From an uncultured Anaerolinea sp. (GTDB lineage: Bacteria > Chloroflexota > Limnocylindria > Limnocylindrales > CSP1-4), in contig CAZOJS010000046.1 in NCBI GenBank assembly GCA_964580175.1, forward strand, positions 1-39,192: DNA of 39,192 nt, written 5' to 3'. The notes beneath the pieces were generated by a model that was given only the letters and a program-made list of their open reading frames with translations, ran no database searches and was not told the DNA's origin. Within the stretch, counting starts at the first letter, position 1. Each line of letters opens with the position of its first letter. The translations under genes and the position numbers were made by a program. Below, in pieces: positions 16,491 to 25,380 of this stretch.

Positions 16491-18118
16491 GGTGCCGCAC
16501 CCTGTTCAAGTGTGAGCGTGACCCGCGCCGGGTTGGTCGGAATCGTGGTCACCCAATCGGGCCAGACGGTGATCGTCACGTCGCCATACTCGGCCAGGAC
16601 CGTGCGGGCCTGCGGCAGGCCAAGACCACCGATCTGACTGAGCAGCCCGGCCACGTCAACCTCTCGCGCCTGCAGTGCGCGGACGGTGACGGGAAAGGTG
16701 ATCGTCGTCCCGGCCACGATCGGGCTCCCGACCTCGATCTTGATGGACCCTTCGTCGAGGCTGAAGCCACGGTCCACCGCGGATCGGAGGCGAGCATCGG
16801 CCAACGTTGACACGGGACCGGGGTCGACGCCGAGTACGGTGCCGCGTGCCGACAGGCCCAGCTGGAACGACGTCGCGTCGGTACCCAGCAGCGTCGCGGG
16901 ATCAACGCTCCAGATCGTCGGTCCAAGCGCCTTCGTCTCGGGGAACAGGGTCGTCCCGACCGGCACCCCTGCCTGGCGACCAATCTCCTCCTCGAACTTG
17001 AGCGCGAGTGCCTCGTCCAGCGCAAGGAGCGCCCTGTCCAGATCGACCTGCTGGATCTGCGCGGACTCGGTGTGGCTGCCCCCGCTCGTCGGGGCGTCGT
17101 TCGTGACGATGGTCCGCTTGGCATTCTCCCGTTCCGGAACCACCACGATGGATTCGGCCGGGACATTCCCCGAGACGCCCGGATCTACCGCGTCGACGCC
17201 GGTCTGGCGGGTCGAGGGGACAACCACGAAGTTGCCGCCAACGATCCCGATCTGGGCCGCTGGCAGGGTGATCCCCTCGCGTGTCCGGAATTCGATCCCC
17301 GATTCAGTCTTGACGATGGACCCGGCTGCGATCGTGTTGGATGCGCCGGTGTTCAGACTGGAAAAGGTGACTTCACCCGCGGCCGCCGTGTCGACAACCT
17401 TGACCCCGGTCGCGGGGAAGGTATTGCCGACCGCGAGCTCGAACGTGAACGTCGCTGCCGGCACGAGGAGTGCGATGGGATCCGGCTGCGTGATTCCCGG
17501 CTGGGCGGTGATGCTCAGCTCGATCGGACCAACAGAATCCACGCTCGGACGAAGGACGATCGCCGCGCTCGGCAGCACCTGCAGCCCGGCCACGCCCCCT
17601 GCGGCCAGGAGGACGACGACGCCCAGGAACGCCGCGAGGCCCCGGCCTCGGGTCCTGGAGGCCGGTTTCCGGCCGACCTGGGGTGGCGGCGTGCCCGGCT
17701 TGGGGCTCGGGAGGGACCTGGCCGCCGGCACGACTACGGTCGGGCTGTCCAGCTCACCGTCGGGGCCAACCGGTGCGGCACCGCCCGTCGACGTAGCCCC
17801 CGTGCTCTCCCCACTCGACGGCGGCGTCCGCTTCACGACGGGATCCGAAGTACCGGATTCGAAGGCGGAGACCGAGATGTGGGTCGGCAATCCTGCCGAC
17901 GCAGCCAGCGCCCGAGCCGAGGCGTCTCCGGTCACGATCTCGAGGGTCTTGGTGCGCGTCGTCGCCTCGCGGGCCAGCAGGCGGAAGTTGATCCGCGACG
18001 TCGCCAGCCGCGACCCGTGGGGTAGGACCAGCGCAATGCGGGCCGCCTCGAGGGACCGCATGCGGGCCACCGCCGAGGTGATCTCGTCATCGATGTCGAG
18101 GTAGACGATCGCGGTCAT
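16487..18118 (-). CDS. Bitopic membrane protein of unknown function: soluble N-domain, disordered linker, one TM helix, large beta-rich ectodomain (possibly Baseplate_J-like)
   Basis: 543 aa from ATG 18118, 2 nt after the stop of the actin-fold gene. N-domain IVYLDIDDEITSAVARMR...LEIVTGDASARALAASAGLP. Pro/Ser/Gly linker. TM GLAAFLGVVVLLAAGGVAGLQVL. ~350-aa ectodomain with no catalytic motif recognised. The 823-aa track ORF is a spurious upstream extension. Confidence 0.7.
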   Translation of the reverse strand: MTAIVYLDIDDEITSAVARMRSLEAARIALVLPHGSRLATSRINFRLLAREATTRTKTLEIVTGDASARALAASAGLPTHISVSAFESGTSDPVVKRTPPSSGESTGATSTGGAAPVGPDGELDSPTVVVPAARSLPSPKPGTPPPQVGRKPASRTRGRGLAAFLGVVVLLAAGGVAGLQVLPSAAIVLRPSVDSVGPIELSITAQPGITQPDPIALLVPAATFTFELAVGNTFPATGVKVVDTAAAGEVTFSSLNTGASNTIAAGSIVKTESGIEFRTREGITLPAAQIGIVGGNFVVVPSTRQTGVDAVDPGVSGNVPAESIVVVPERENAKRTIVTNDAPTSGGSHTESAQIQQVDLDRALLALDEALALKFEEEIGRQAGVPVGTTLFPETKALGPTIWSVDPATLLGTDATSFQLGLSARGTVLGVDPGPVSTLADARLRSAVDRGFSLDEGSIKIEVGSPIVAGTTITFPVTVRALQAREVDVAGLLSQIGGLGLPQARTVLAEYGDVTITVWPDWVTTIPTNPARVTLTLEQGAAP

Positions 18119-18120
18119 CG

Positions 18121-19386
18121 TCAGATCCGAAGCTGCCGGACGACCCGTCGAAGCGCGCCGTCGAGACTGCCCGCAGCCTGCCCGAGCTCGATCGCCTGGT
18201 AGGCAAGGCCCATCGGGGTTACGTCCTGCTGATCCACGAGCAGCTGTGTTTCGTCGCGGATCGTCTCGACCTGGTCGGGCGACACGATCGCCACCTCGGG
18301 CGGTCGCGAGAACGGCAGGGCCCTGGAAAAGGCGGGGGCAGCAAGGGCAGCCCGGATTTCCGGGAGGCGGGTGCCGCCTCCGCACAGGTAGATCCGCCCC
18401 GGCAGCAGGTCGCCCGCGGCCAGTTCCTCGAGAACGAGCTCCACACCCGCGGCCCACACGGCGACGTCGTCGGCCACGATCGCCCGGACCTCCTCGGTCG
18501 CGTCGCCCGCGATTCCCCGCGCATAGTCCACTTTCAGCGCCTCGGCTCGGGGAAACGGCAACTCGAGCCGATCGGCGATGGACTTGCTGAAGGCACGTCC
18601 GCCGAGCGCAAACATGCGCGTTCCCTCGATCCCGCCCTGCCGAACCAGGGCGACGTCGGTGGTGCCGCCGCCCACATCGACGAAGAGTGCCCCGCCCTGT
18701 CGAACCTGCTCGCTGTTGAGCGCCCGCGCCACGGCGTACGGCTCTGCGACGACCTCGATCAGGTCGAGTTCCAGTTGCTGTGCGACGCTCTGGAGTGCCC
18801 CGAGGTGCACGAGCGGTGCGAAGGCGTTGAAGATCGAAATCTTGACGTGCCGACCCTTGAAGCCGACCGGATTGGACACGACGTACCCGTCGATCCAGGC
18901 CCCGACAACGGCCGCATGCACCAGACGAACGTCCACGTTGGCAAGGCCGGTCTCCCACGTCACCGAGCGTTCGGCCTCGCGGAGTGCCTCGCGCTGGACA
19001 CCTTCGATGAGCCTCTGGAGCTCGGATTCGGTGATCGGCGCTTCTGGACGAACTCGCTCCTGCGAATGGGCGGTCGTGAAGCCCTTGACGAGTTCCCCGG
19101 CGATCCCGATGACCACCTGGGTGGGACGGAATCCGGCCATCTCCTCGGCTTCCTGGAGGGCAACCGAGCAGTTGTCCACGACGGCGGCGATGTCGGCCAC
19201 CGTTCCGGACTGCATGTGTGACAGCCCCTGGCGCTTGCGCCCGACGCCACGAACGACCCCGCGTCCGTCATCGCCGATCTCGAACACCAGCGCCTTGGCG
19301 AACTCCGTCCCGACGTCCAGTGCGGTGCACGCCGTCAGACGTTCCGACGCGCCCTCCCGCTGCCACAGCCGCCGCAGGAATGTCAT
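18121..19386 (-). CDS. Actin-fold (ASKHA) ATPase, FtsA/PilM-like
   Basis: 421 aa from ATG 19386, 19 nt after the alaS stop. Phosphate-1 ALDVGTEFAKA, phosphate-2 FVDVGGGTTDVALV, adenosine IYLCGGGTRLPEI. Basic-hydrophobic C-terminus GALRRVVRQLRI. Not in a dcw/ftsZ context. Confidence 0.75.
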   Translation of the reverse strand: MTFLRRLWQREGASERLTACTALDVGTEFAKALVFEIGDDGRGVVRGVGRKRQGLSHMQSGTVADIAAVVDNCSVALQEAEEMAGFRPTQVVIGIAGELVKGFTTAHSQERVRPEAPITESELQRLIEGVQREALREAERSVTWETGLANVDVRLVHAAVVGAWIDGYVVSNPVGFKGRHVKISIFNAFAPLVHLGALQSVAQQLELDLIEVVAEPYAVARALNSEQVRQGGALFVDVGGGTTDVALVRQGGIEGTRMFALGGRAFSKSIADRLELPFPRAEALKVDYARGIAGDATEEVRAIVADDVAVWAAGVELVLEELAAGDLLPGRIYLCGGGTRLPEIRAALAAPAFSRALPFSRPPEVAIVSPDQVETIRDETQLLVDQQDVTPMGLAYQAIELGQAAGSLDGALRRVVRQLRI

Positions 19387-19405
19387 CGGGCAGCGCCCAG
19401 CGCGA

Positions 19406-22207
19406 TCATTCGCTCCGGCCGGCTGCTTCGCGGGCGGCCGCCTCGAGGGCAGCCAGGCCGTCCGCGAGCCCGGATCTGCGCGACCCCTTGCCCTGGGCCA
19501 TTTCCGGTTTGCCACCGCCTTTGCCGTCGATTGGCATCATGGCGGCACGAACGAGATCTCCAGCACCGATGCCGCGCGCCACGAGGTCATCTGACACGCT
19601 CACGAACAATTGCGGTTCATCGGCCTCCAGACCGAGGGCGATGACGCCGCTCGGCAGGAGGCCACGCAATTCCTTGGCAACGGCCTTCAGCGCCTCCATG
19701 GACTCCCACTCGGCAGCGGCGATCACACCGGAGACACCCGGCCCGAGCTCCATCGTCGCCGCGACGAGATCGGCAGCCCGCGGCGCCCGACTCGTGGGAG
19801 CCGTGCCTTGCTTCATCCGCCGCTTGCTATCTCTGAGTTCCTCCTGGAGCGCGGCAAGTCGGCCCGCGACACCCGCCGGCGTCTGGGCCCCCAGCGCCTC
19901 CATGGTCGCCTCAACGGTCTCGGAGCGCTCGCGCAGGTAGGCATCCGCGCCCACGCCAGTCAGCGCCTCGATCCGGCGCATCCCGGAACCGATGCTTCGA
20001 TCGGAGGTGATGACGAAGCCGCCGATCTGGCCGGACGCGCGACAGTGCGTGCCACCGCACAACTCGAAGCTGTAGTCCTGAACCCGGATCGTGCGAACGG
20101 TTTCTCCGTACTTCTCGTCGAAGAAAGCATCCGCGCCGGCATCGATCGCGTCCTGCATGCCCATGAAGGCGATCGAAACGGGCCGATCCTCGCGGATGAT
20201 GCGGCGGACCTCGTCCTCGATCGCTCGCCGTTCGTCATCCGTGAGTGCCCGGTCCGCGGGGTAGTCGAAGCGCAGGTACTCCGGAGTGACGAGCGAGCCC
20301 GCCTGCCGGGCGCGATCACCGACGACATTGCGCAGAGCTCGGTGGAGCAGGTGCGTGCCGGTGTGATTGCGCATCGTGTGCGCCCGCCGGTCCGCGTCGA
20401 CCTCGGCAACGACCGACTGCCCGACGGCCAGCTCCCCGCGCAGGATGCCGCGATGGACGAACAGGCCACCGACCGGTTTGTGGGTGTCCTCGACCTCGAA
20501 GAGGACGCTACCGTCCACGGCTCGGATCGCGCCGCGATCGCCGATCTGACCGCCGCCCTCGGCGTAGAACGGAGTCCGATCGAGCACGATCTCCGCGCTC
20601 GCGCCGGCCTCGGTCCGGAGCTCCTCGTCCCCCTTCGCCCTGAGGTTCTCGTATTCAATCCCGTCCCGCAGGATGGCGATTACCTTCGCGTCTGCGACCT
20701 GTGTCGTCTCGTACCCCTCGAACGCGGTATCGCCATTGCGGGCGTTGATGGCCGCGTACATGGCGCTCAGTTCCGCGTGCCGCGCGAGTTCGGCCTTCTT
20801 GCCTGACCGGGAACGATCGCGCTGCTCGGCGAGCGCAACTTCGAAGCCGGTCCGGTCCACCCCGACACCGTACTCGGCGGCTAGCTCGATGGTCAGGTCG
20901 ATCGGGAATCCGAACGTGTCGTGGAGCTTGAACGCGACGTCGCCGGGGATCTTCGGGACGTCATCGGCCAGATCCTCGGGTCGAACGCCCACCGTCCGTT
21001 CGTTCGAGGTCAGCCCGATGAGCGCCTCCTCGAGGATGTCCGTGCCCGCCCTGAGCGTTCGACTGAATTGGGCTTCCTCGCGGGCGATCGCGGCGAGGAT
21101 CTCGTCACGCCGCTCGGCAAGGTGCGGGTAGGCTTCGGCCATCGTGTAGATGACCACATTGGCGGTCTCGACCATGAACGGTTCAAGGCGGCCGAGCAGA
21201 CGGCCGTGGCGGACCGCCCGGCGAAGGATCCGGCGGAGGACGTAGCCGCGGCCCTCGTTGGATGGCAGGACGCCGTCGCCGATCAGGAACGTGACCGCCC
21301 GCGAGTGATCCGCGATGACCTGGTAGCTGAACCGCTCGAGCTCGAACGCACCGGGATCATGGCCGAGCAGTTCGCGCATCCGATCGTGGATCGGCGCGAA
21401 GAGATCCGTGTCGTAGTTCGTCGGAACGCCCTGCAGGACGCTTGCCAGGCGCTCGAGACCGAGGCCCGTGTCGACGCCCGGCGCGGCAAGCGGCGTCAGC
21501 GATCGATCAAGAGCAAGCTCAAACTCCATGAACACGAGGTTCCAGATTTCGAGCCAGCGTGGGCAGTGCTCGGAGTGATCCGGCGTACAGAAGTCGCCCT
21601 CGCTGAACTGGGCTCCTCGATCGAAGTGAATCTCCGAGCAGGGGCCGGCCGGTCCGGTGTCCGCCATCCGCCAGAAATTCTTCTCGTCCCCGTGCTCCCA
21701 GTCGCCCCACCGAGCAACCCGATCGGCCGGCAAGCCGATCTCCGAGCGCCACACGTCGTAGGCCAGGTCATCGGTGGTGTAGACGGTCGCGGCCAGGCGA
21801 TCGGCGGGAATGCCGAGATCGCGGGTCAGGAACTCCCAGGCCCAGTGGATGGCCTCGCGCTTGAAGTAGTCGCCGAAGCTCCAGTTGCCGAGCATCTCGA
21901 AGAGGGTGTGGTGACGGGGTGTCCGCCCGACCTCCTCGAAGTCGTTGTGCTTGCCGGCAACCCGCAGGCAGCGCTGGTAGTCCACCGCCCGGTTGTAGGT
22001 CCGCTGCTCGGCCCCCGTCAGGGCGTCCTTGAATTGGACCATGCCGGAGTTGGTGAACAGCAGGGTCTGATCGCCGCCCGGCACCAGGCTGGCGCTGGGC
22101 ACGATCGTGTGACCGCGCTCGGCGAAGAACTCGACGAACCGGCGGCGGATCTCGGCAGCAGACAGCGGCACGATCCGGGGATCGGCCTGAAACGTCGGGG
22201 TCGCCAT
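19406..22207 (-). CDS. alaS: Alanine--tRNA ligase
   Basis: FTNSGMVQFKD, HHTLFEMLGNWSFGDYFK, editing domain HTGTHLLH and ELCGGTHC, C-terminal DHHA1-like domain. Start taken at ATG 22207 (MATPTFQ...), supported by a TACCAT hexamer 8 nt upstream. The track ORF extends to GTG 22267. Confidence 0.95.
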   Translation of the reverse strand: MATPTFQADPRIVPLSAAEIRRRFVEFFAERGHTIVPSASLVPGGDQTLLFTNSGMVQFKDALTGAEQRTYNRAVDYQRCLRVAGKHNDFEEVGRTPRHHTLFEMLGNWSFGDYFKREAIHWAWEFLTRDLGIPADRLAATVYTTDDLAYDVWRSEIGLPADRVARWGDWEHGDEKNFWRMADTGPAGPCSEIHFDRGAQFSEGDFCTPDHSEHCPRWLEIWNLVFMEFELALDRSLTPLAAPGVDTGLGLERLASVLQGVPTNYDTDLFAPIHDRMRELLGHDPGAFELERFSYQVIADHSRAVTFLIGDGVLPSNEGRGYVLRRILRRAVRHGRLLGRLEPFMVETANVVIYTMAEAYPHLAERRDEILAAIAREEAQFSRTLRAGTDILEEALIGLTSNERTVGVRPEDLADDVPKIPGDVAFKLHDTFGFPIDLTIELAAEYGVGVDRTGFEVALAEQRDRSRSGKKAELARHAELSAMYAAINARNGDTAFEGYETTQVADAKVIAILRDGIEYENLRAKGDEELRTEAGASAEIVLDRTPFYAEGGGQIGDRGAIRAVDGSVLFEVEDTHKPVGGLFVHRGILRGELAVGQSVVAEVDADRRAHTMRNHTGTHLLHRALRNVVGDRARQAGSLVTPEYLRFDYPADRALTDDERRAIEDEVRRIIREDRPVSIAFMGMQDAIDAGADAFFDEKYGETVRTIRVQDYSFELCGGTHCRASGQIGGFVITSDRSIGSGMRRIEALTGVGADAYLRERSETVEATMEALGAQTPAGVAGRLAALQEELRDSKRRMKQGTAPTSRAPRAADLVAATMELGPGVSGVIAAAEWESMEALKAVAKELRGLLPSGVIALGLEADEPQLFVSVSDDLVARGIGAGDLVRAAMMPIDGKGGGKPEMAQGKGSRRSGLADGLAALEAAAREAAGRSE

Positions 22208-22215
22208 CGGCGGCA

Positions 22216-22221
22216 ATGGTA
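22216..22221 (-). promoter_or_regulatory. Putative -10 hexamer TACCAT, 8 nt upstream of the alaS ATG 22207 (leaderless-type)
   Basis: Minus strand reads ccgcTACCATtgccgccgATG. No SD. Confidence 0.35.
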
Positions 22222-22283
22222 GCGGAGCGGAACCCGTGGCCGGCCCGGGTGGCCATGACCGCGCCACGCGGCCACTGAGCGCC

Positions 22284-22499
22284 TCAGCCGGGGCGGTTTT
22301 CCCGATCGATCAGAGGGTCCGTTGGCTGGCCCCGCTGGCGCAGGCGCTCCCAGATCGCGGATCCGGCGATGGCCGCACCCACCAGCGCACCGAGGTACAG
22401 ACCGCGCAGAAATCGAGCCGACACGGCCGGTCCGGTGGTGGCGTCATCCGCCGCCGCTAGCGGGCTGTTCGGGGCGCCCCGACGTCGGCGCCGGCTCAT
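22284..22499 (-). CDS. Hypothetical small membrane protein (71 aa)
   Basis: Arg-rich N-terminus, one hydrophobic helix LYLGALVGAAIAGSAIW. ATGA overlap with the upstream membrane-protein gene. Confidence 0.4.
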   Translation of the reverse strand: MSRRRRRGAPNSPLAAADDATTGPAVSARFLRGLYLGALVGAAIAGSAIWERLRQRGQPTDPLIDRENRPG

Positions 22500-22921
22500 G
22501 CGGAATCCCTTGGTTTGACGTTGGTCACAGCGGACCGGTCGATGGTCGTCGTGTCGGGTTCCATCGGGTCTGGATCGACCAAGGCACGAGCTGCGCGCGA
22601 CCTGGAGAGGGGCATCGACGAGGTCGCCCGGGGGCCCGGCAGCGGATCACGCTTCGGGCGCGAGCCGAGTATCGCAACGATCGCGACACCGGCGATACCA
22701 ACCCAGGCCAGCATCGAGGCCACGATCACGTGGAAGTCGCCGACCATGATCAGGGCAATGTCGAGCCGGGCCGCAAGCGCGTCGCCGGCCCACGCGCCGA
22801 GGAAGGCTGCCAGCACGAGCCACGGCAGCCGCCGGCCGGCCGAACCGCGGATCAGGACGTAGATGGACACGTGGAGGATCCCGAGGAGTAGCGCCAGGAC
22901 GGGCGCCGGTCCAAGACTCAT
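22496..22921 (-). CDS. Hypothetical polytopic membrane protein (141 aa)
   Basis: ATG 22921 overlaps the mnmA stop (ATGA). 3-4 hydrophobic segments (PAPVLALLLGILHVSIYVLI, WLVLAAFLGAWAGDAL, VIVASMLAWVGIAGVAIVAIL), then a hydrophilic tail. The longer track ORF to 23014 overlaps mnmA. Confidence 0.55.
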   Translation of the reverse strand: MSLGPAPVLALLLGILHVSIYVLIRGSAGRRLPWLVLAAFLGAWAGDALAARLDIALIMVGDFHVIVASMLAWVGIAGVAIVAILGSRPKRDPLPGPRATSSMPLSRSRAARALVDPDPMEPDTTTIDRSAVTNVKPRDSA

Positions 22922-24075
22922 GACGCGACGGTTGCCACCAGCCGAGAGGCCGAGTTCCCCGGCGGCTCCTGTCGTGCGCCGGCCGCGCGCACGATCCGCC
23001 CACCACCGAGACACACGTCACCGTCGTAGAGCACGGCTGCCTGGCGCGGCGCGATCGCCCAGACGGGCGTCTCGGTCCGAACGGTCCAGCGATCCCGAAC
23101 GCCCGGCTCCGTGGCCCCTGTCGGGCTGATCGTCGCCTGGATCGGCTCCGCGCGGTGACGAATCCGGACCGCGGCCCGGAACGGCTCGTGGGTCGCGGTT
23201 TCGTCCACGAATCGGACGTCCTCGATCTCGAACGATGTCGTCTCGAGGTCCTCCCGGCGGCCGAGCGTGATGGTGTTCGAGATCGTGTCCACCCGGGACA
23301 CGTAGCGCGGGCTGCCGAGAGAGATGCCCAGGCCCTGGCGCTGGCCCGGCGTGTACCCGGCGGCGCCAGCGTGCTCCCCGACCTGCCTTCCGTCCGTGTC
23401 CAGCACGGAGCCTCTCGCGGGCTCCCAGCCGGCGCGCGTCTTGAGGGCGCCACGGACGTCACCGTTCGGAATAAAGCAGATGCCCTGGCTCTCAGGCTTG
23501 TCAGCAGTCGCCAGGCCAAGACGTCGCGCCGCCTCGCGGACCTCGGGCTTGGTCAGTTCCCCGAGCGGGAACCGCGCTTCGCGGAGCTGGTCCTGGCGCA
23601 GGCCGTACAGGAAGTACGTCTGGTCCTTGTCCTCGTCACGGGCACGCAGCATCCGGGTCTGGCCATCCGCAGCGACCTCGCGGCGGGCGTAGTGGCCGGT
23701 CGCGACGGCCTCGCAGTCGTAGAGGTGGCGCGCCTGCCCCAGCAACGCCCCGAATTTGACGGTCGTGTTGCAGTCCACGCAGGGGCTGGGCGTCGTGCCA
23801 TCCAGATAGGCCGCGAGAAACGGCGAAAGAACGCCCTCGTCGAACTCGCGTTCCAGATTGAGCACGTAGAACGGGATGTCCAGCTGACCGGCAACACGGC
23901 GCGCATCCTCGGCGGCATCGAGCGAACAGCAGCTCTTCTTGAACTCGGAGATCGAATCGGCGACGTCGTGCAGGCGCATCCAGACGCCGATGACCTCGTG
24001 GCCTTCGTCCTTGAGCAGGGCCGCAGCGACGGATGAATCAACGCCGCCGGACATGGCCACCAGGATGCGGCTCAT
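22918..24075 (-). CDS. mnmA: tRNA 2-thiouridine(34) synthase MnmA
   Basis: 385 aa. PP-loop VAMSGGVDSSVAA, catalytic Cys regions (CCSLD, PSPCVDCN), TGHYAR, DQTYFL. ATGA overlap with the cysteine desulfurase gene. Confidence 0.95.
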   Translation of the reverse strand: MSRILVAMSGGVDSSVAAALLKDEGHEVIGVWMRLHDVADSISEFKKSCCSLDAAEDARRVAGQLDIPFYVLNLEREFDEGVLSPFLAAYLDGTTPSPCVDCNTTVKFGALLGQARHLYDCEAVATGHYARREVAADGQTRMLRARDEDKDQTYFLYGLRQDQLREARFPLGELTKPEVREAARRLGLATADKPESQGICFIPNGDVRGALKTRAGWEPARGSVLDTDGRQVGEHAGAAGYTPGQRQGLGISLGSPRYVSRVDTISNTITLGRREDLETTSFEIEDVRFVDETATHEPFRAAVRIRHRAEPIQATISPTGATEPGVRDRWTVRTETPVWAIAPRQAAVLYDGDVCLGGGRIVRAAGARQEPPGNSASRLVATVAS

Positions 24076-25268
24076 CCGGCCGCGCCGGTCTCGATGGGTG
24101 TCCGGGCGGCCTCGATGCGCCGGGCACCCTCGCGGGCTGCGAGCACGACCCGCGGCACGATCTCGAGCGCCGACGCAACGTCCGCCTCGGAGGTGTCTCG
24201 ACCCAGCGAAACCCGGAGCGATCCACGCGCCTCCTCGTCCGGATAGCCCATCGCACGCAGGACATGGGACGGTTCCGCGGAGCCCGTCGTGCAGGCCGAG
24301 CCGACGGATGCAGCGACCTCCTCCAGGTCCAGCATCAGAACGACGGTCGCGCCCTCGACCTCGCGGGCCACAACCGAGACGAGACCAGGCAGGCGATCGA
24401 GCGGGTGGCCCGTCAACTCGACACCGTCGATCGATGTCAGTGCGGCGACCAGCCGATCCCGCGCCGATGCCAGACGCTTGCTGCTGGCCGTCCGCTCAGC
24501 AACGGCCAGACTCAGCGCGACGCCCATCCCCACGGTCGCGGCCACATCTTCCGTGCCGGCGCGCCGGAATCGTTCCTGAGATCCACCCTGCTGCTGACTG
24601 AGGATGTGGGTGCCGGCCCGGAGGTACAGCGCGCCGGCACCTTTCGGGCCGTTGAACTTGTGCGCCGCAATCGCGAGGAGGTCGCAGTCGAGGGCGGCGA
24701 CATCGATCGGGAGATACGCTGCCGACGCCACGGCGTCCACCGCTACCAGGCATCCCCGCGGGCCATCGGTGCGGATGCGGGCAATCAGCTCCCTGAGCGC
24801 CTGGATCGTGCCCACCTCGTTATTGGCGTGGCCGATCGCCACGAGGATGGTTCGATCCGTCAGCGCAGCACCGAGCGTGTCCGGATCCAGTCGACCGTAG
24901 CGATCCACCGGGAGCTCAACGACCTCGAACCCGAATTTCTCGAGTTGCTGCAACGGATGGAGCACCGCGTGGTGCTCAACGGCGGTGGTGATGATCCGAT
25001 GACCGCCGGCCTTGCCGGCCCAGGCCGCGCCCTTGAGCCCCAGGTTCAGCGCCTCGGTGCCGCCGCTGGTGACGACGATCTCGCGCGGCCCGGCGCCGAG
25101 CGCCGCGGCGATCCGCTCATGCGCCTCATCGAGTGCCGCCCGGGCGCGCCGACCCCAGGCGTGGGGCGAACTCGGATTGCCGAACTGCTCACCGAGGTAC
25201 GGCAGCATTGCGTCCAGCGCTTCCGCCCTGAGCGGCGTCGTGGCGGCATGATCGAGGTAGATGGGCAT
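24072..25268 (-). CDS. Cysteine desulfurase (NifS/IscS class I; YrvO-like partner of MnmA)
   Basis: 398 aa. IYLDHAATTP, TSGGTEALN, PLP-lysine AHKFNGPKGAGALY, active-site loop GSACTTGS. Adjacent to and overlapping mnmA, as in the Bacillus yrvO-mnmA pair. Confidence 0.9.
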   Translation of the reverse strand: MPIYLDHAATTPLRAEALDAMLPYLGEQFGNPSSPHAWGRRARAALDEAHERIAAALGAGPREIVVTSGGTEALNLGLKGAAWAGKAGGHRIITTAVEHHAVLHPLQQLEKFGFEVVELPVDRYGRLDPDTLGAALTDRTILVAIGHANNEVGTIQALRELIARIRTDGPRGCLVAVDAVASAAYLPIDVAALDCDLLAIAAHKFNGPKGAGALYLRAGTHILSQQQGGSQERFRRAGTEDVAATVGMGVALSLAVAERTASSKRLASARDRLVAALTSIDGVELTGHPLDRLPGLVSVVAREVEGATVVLMLDLEEVAASVGSACTTGSAEPSHVLRAMGYPDEEARGSLRVSLGRDTSEADVASALEIVPRVVLAAREGARRIEAARTPIETGAAG

Positions 25269-25275
25269 TGCGGGG

Positions 25276-25281
25276 ATTGTA
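25276..25281 (-). promoter_or_regulatory. Putative -10 hexamer TACAAT, 7 nt upstream of the cysteine desulfurase ATG (leaderless-type)
   Basis: Minus strand reads ggccTACAATccccgcaATG. No SD. Confidence 0.45.
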
Positions 25282-25380
25282 GGCCGGACGCGCTCGGGCG
25301 CCGCCGAGCCCTCCTCCCTGGCCGATGCCCGCGGGGAGCGCCGCGCCGCCGCTGAACGGTGACGCCGTCCAGGCCGCGGG

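Noticed and set aside
22235-22278. Possible terminator hairpins after the small membrane-protein gene (GTGGCCG...CGGCCAC and inner CCGCG-tgg-CGCGG), and a 6-bp hairpin at 5178-5193.
   Set aside because: The stems are short or have large or asymmetric loops, and lack a U-tract. In this GC content such pairings arise easily by chance. Only the 31384-31409 hairpin, which fills a convergent spacer, is listed as a feature.
22208-22283. T-box or other long leader riboswitches upstream of the aminoacyl-tRNA synthetase genes (alaS, aspS, hisS), or a TPP element upstream of dxs.
   Set aside because: The spacers are only about 76, 82 and 79 nt, far shorter than a ~200-nt T-box, and contain no T-box-like conserved sequence. 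The 99-nt dxs leader shows no TPP-riboswitch CUGAGA/ACCUGA core. The -10 hexamers next to the start codons instead argue for leaderless transcripts.
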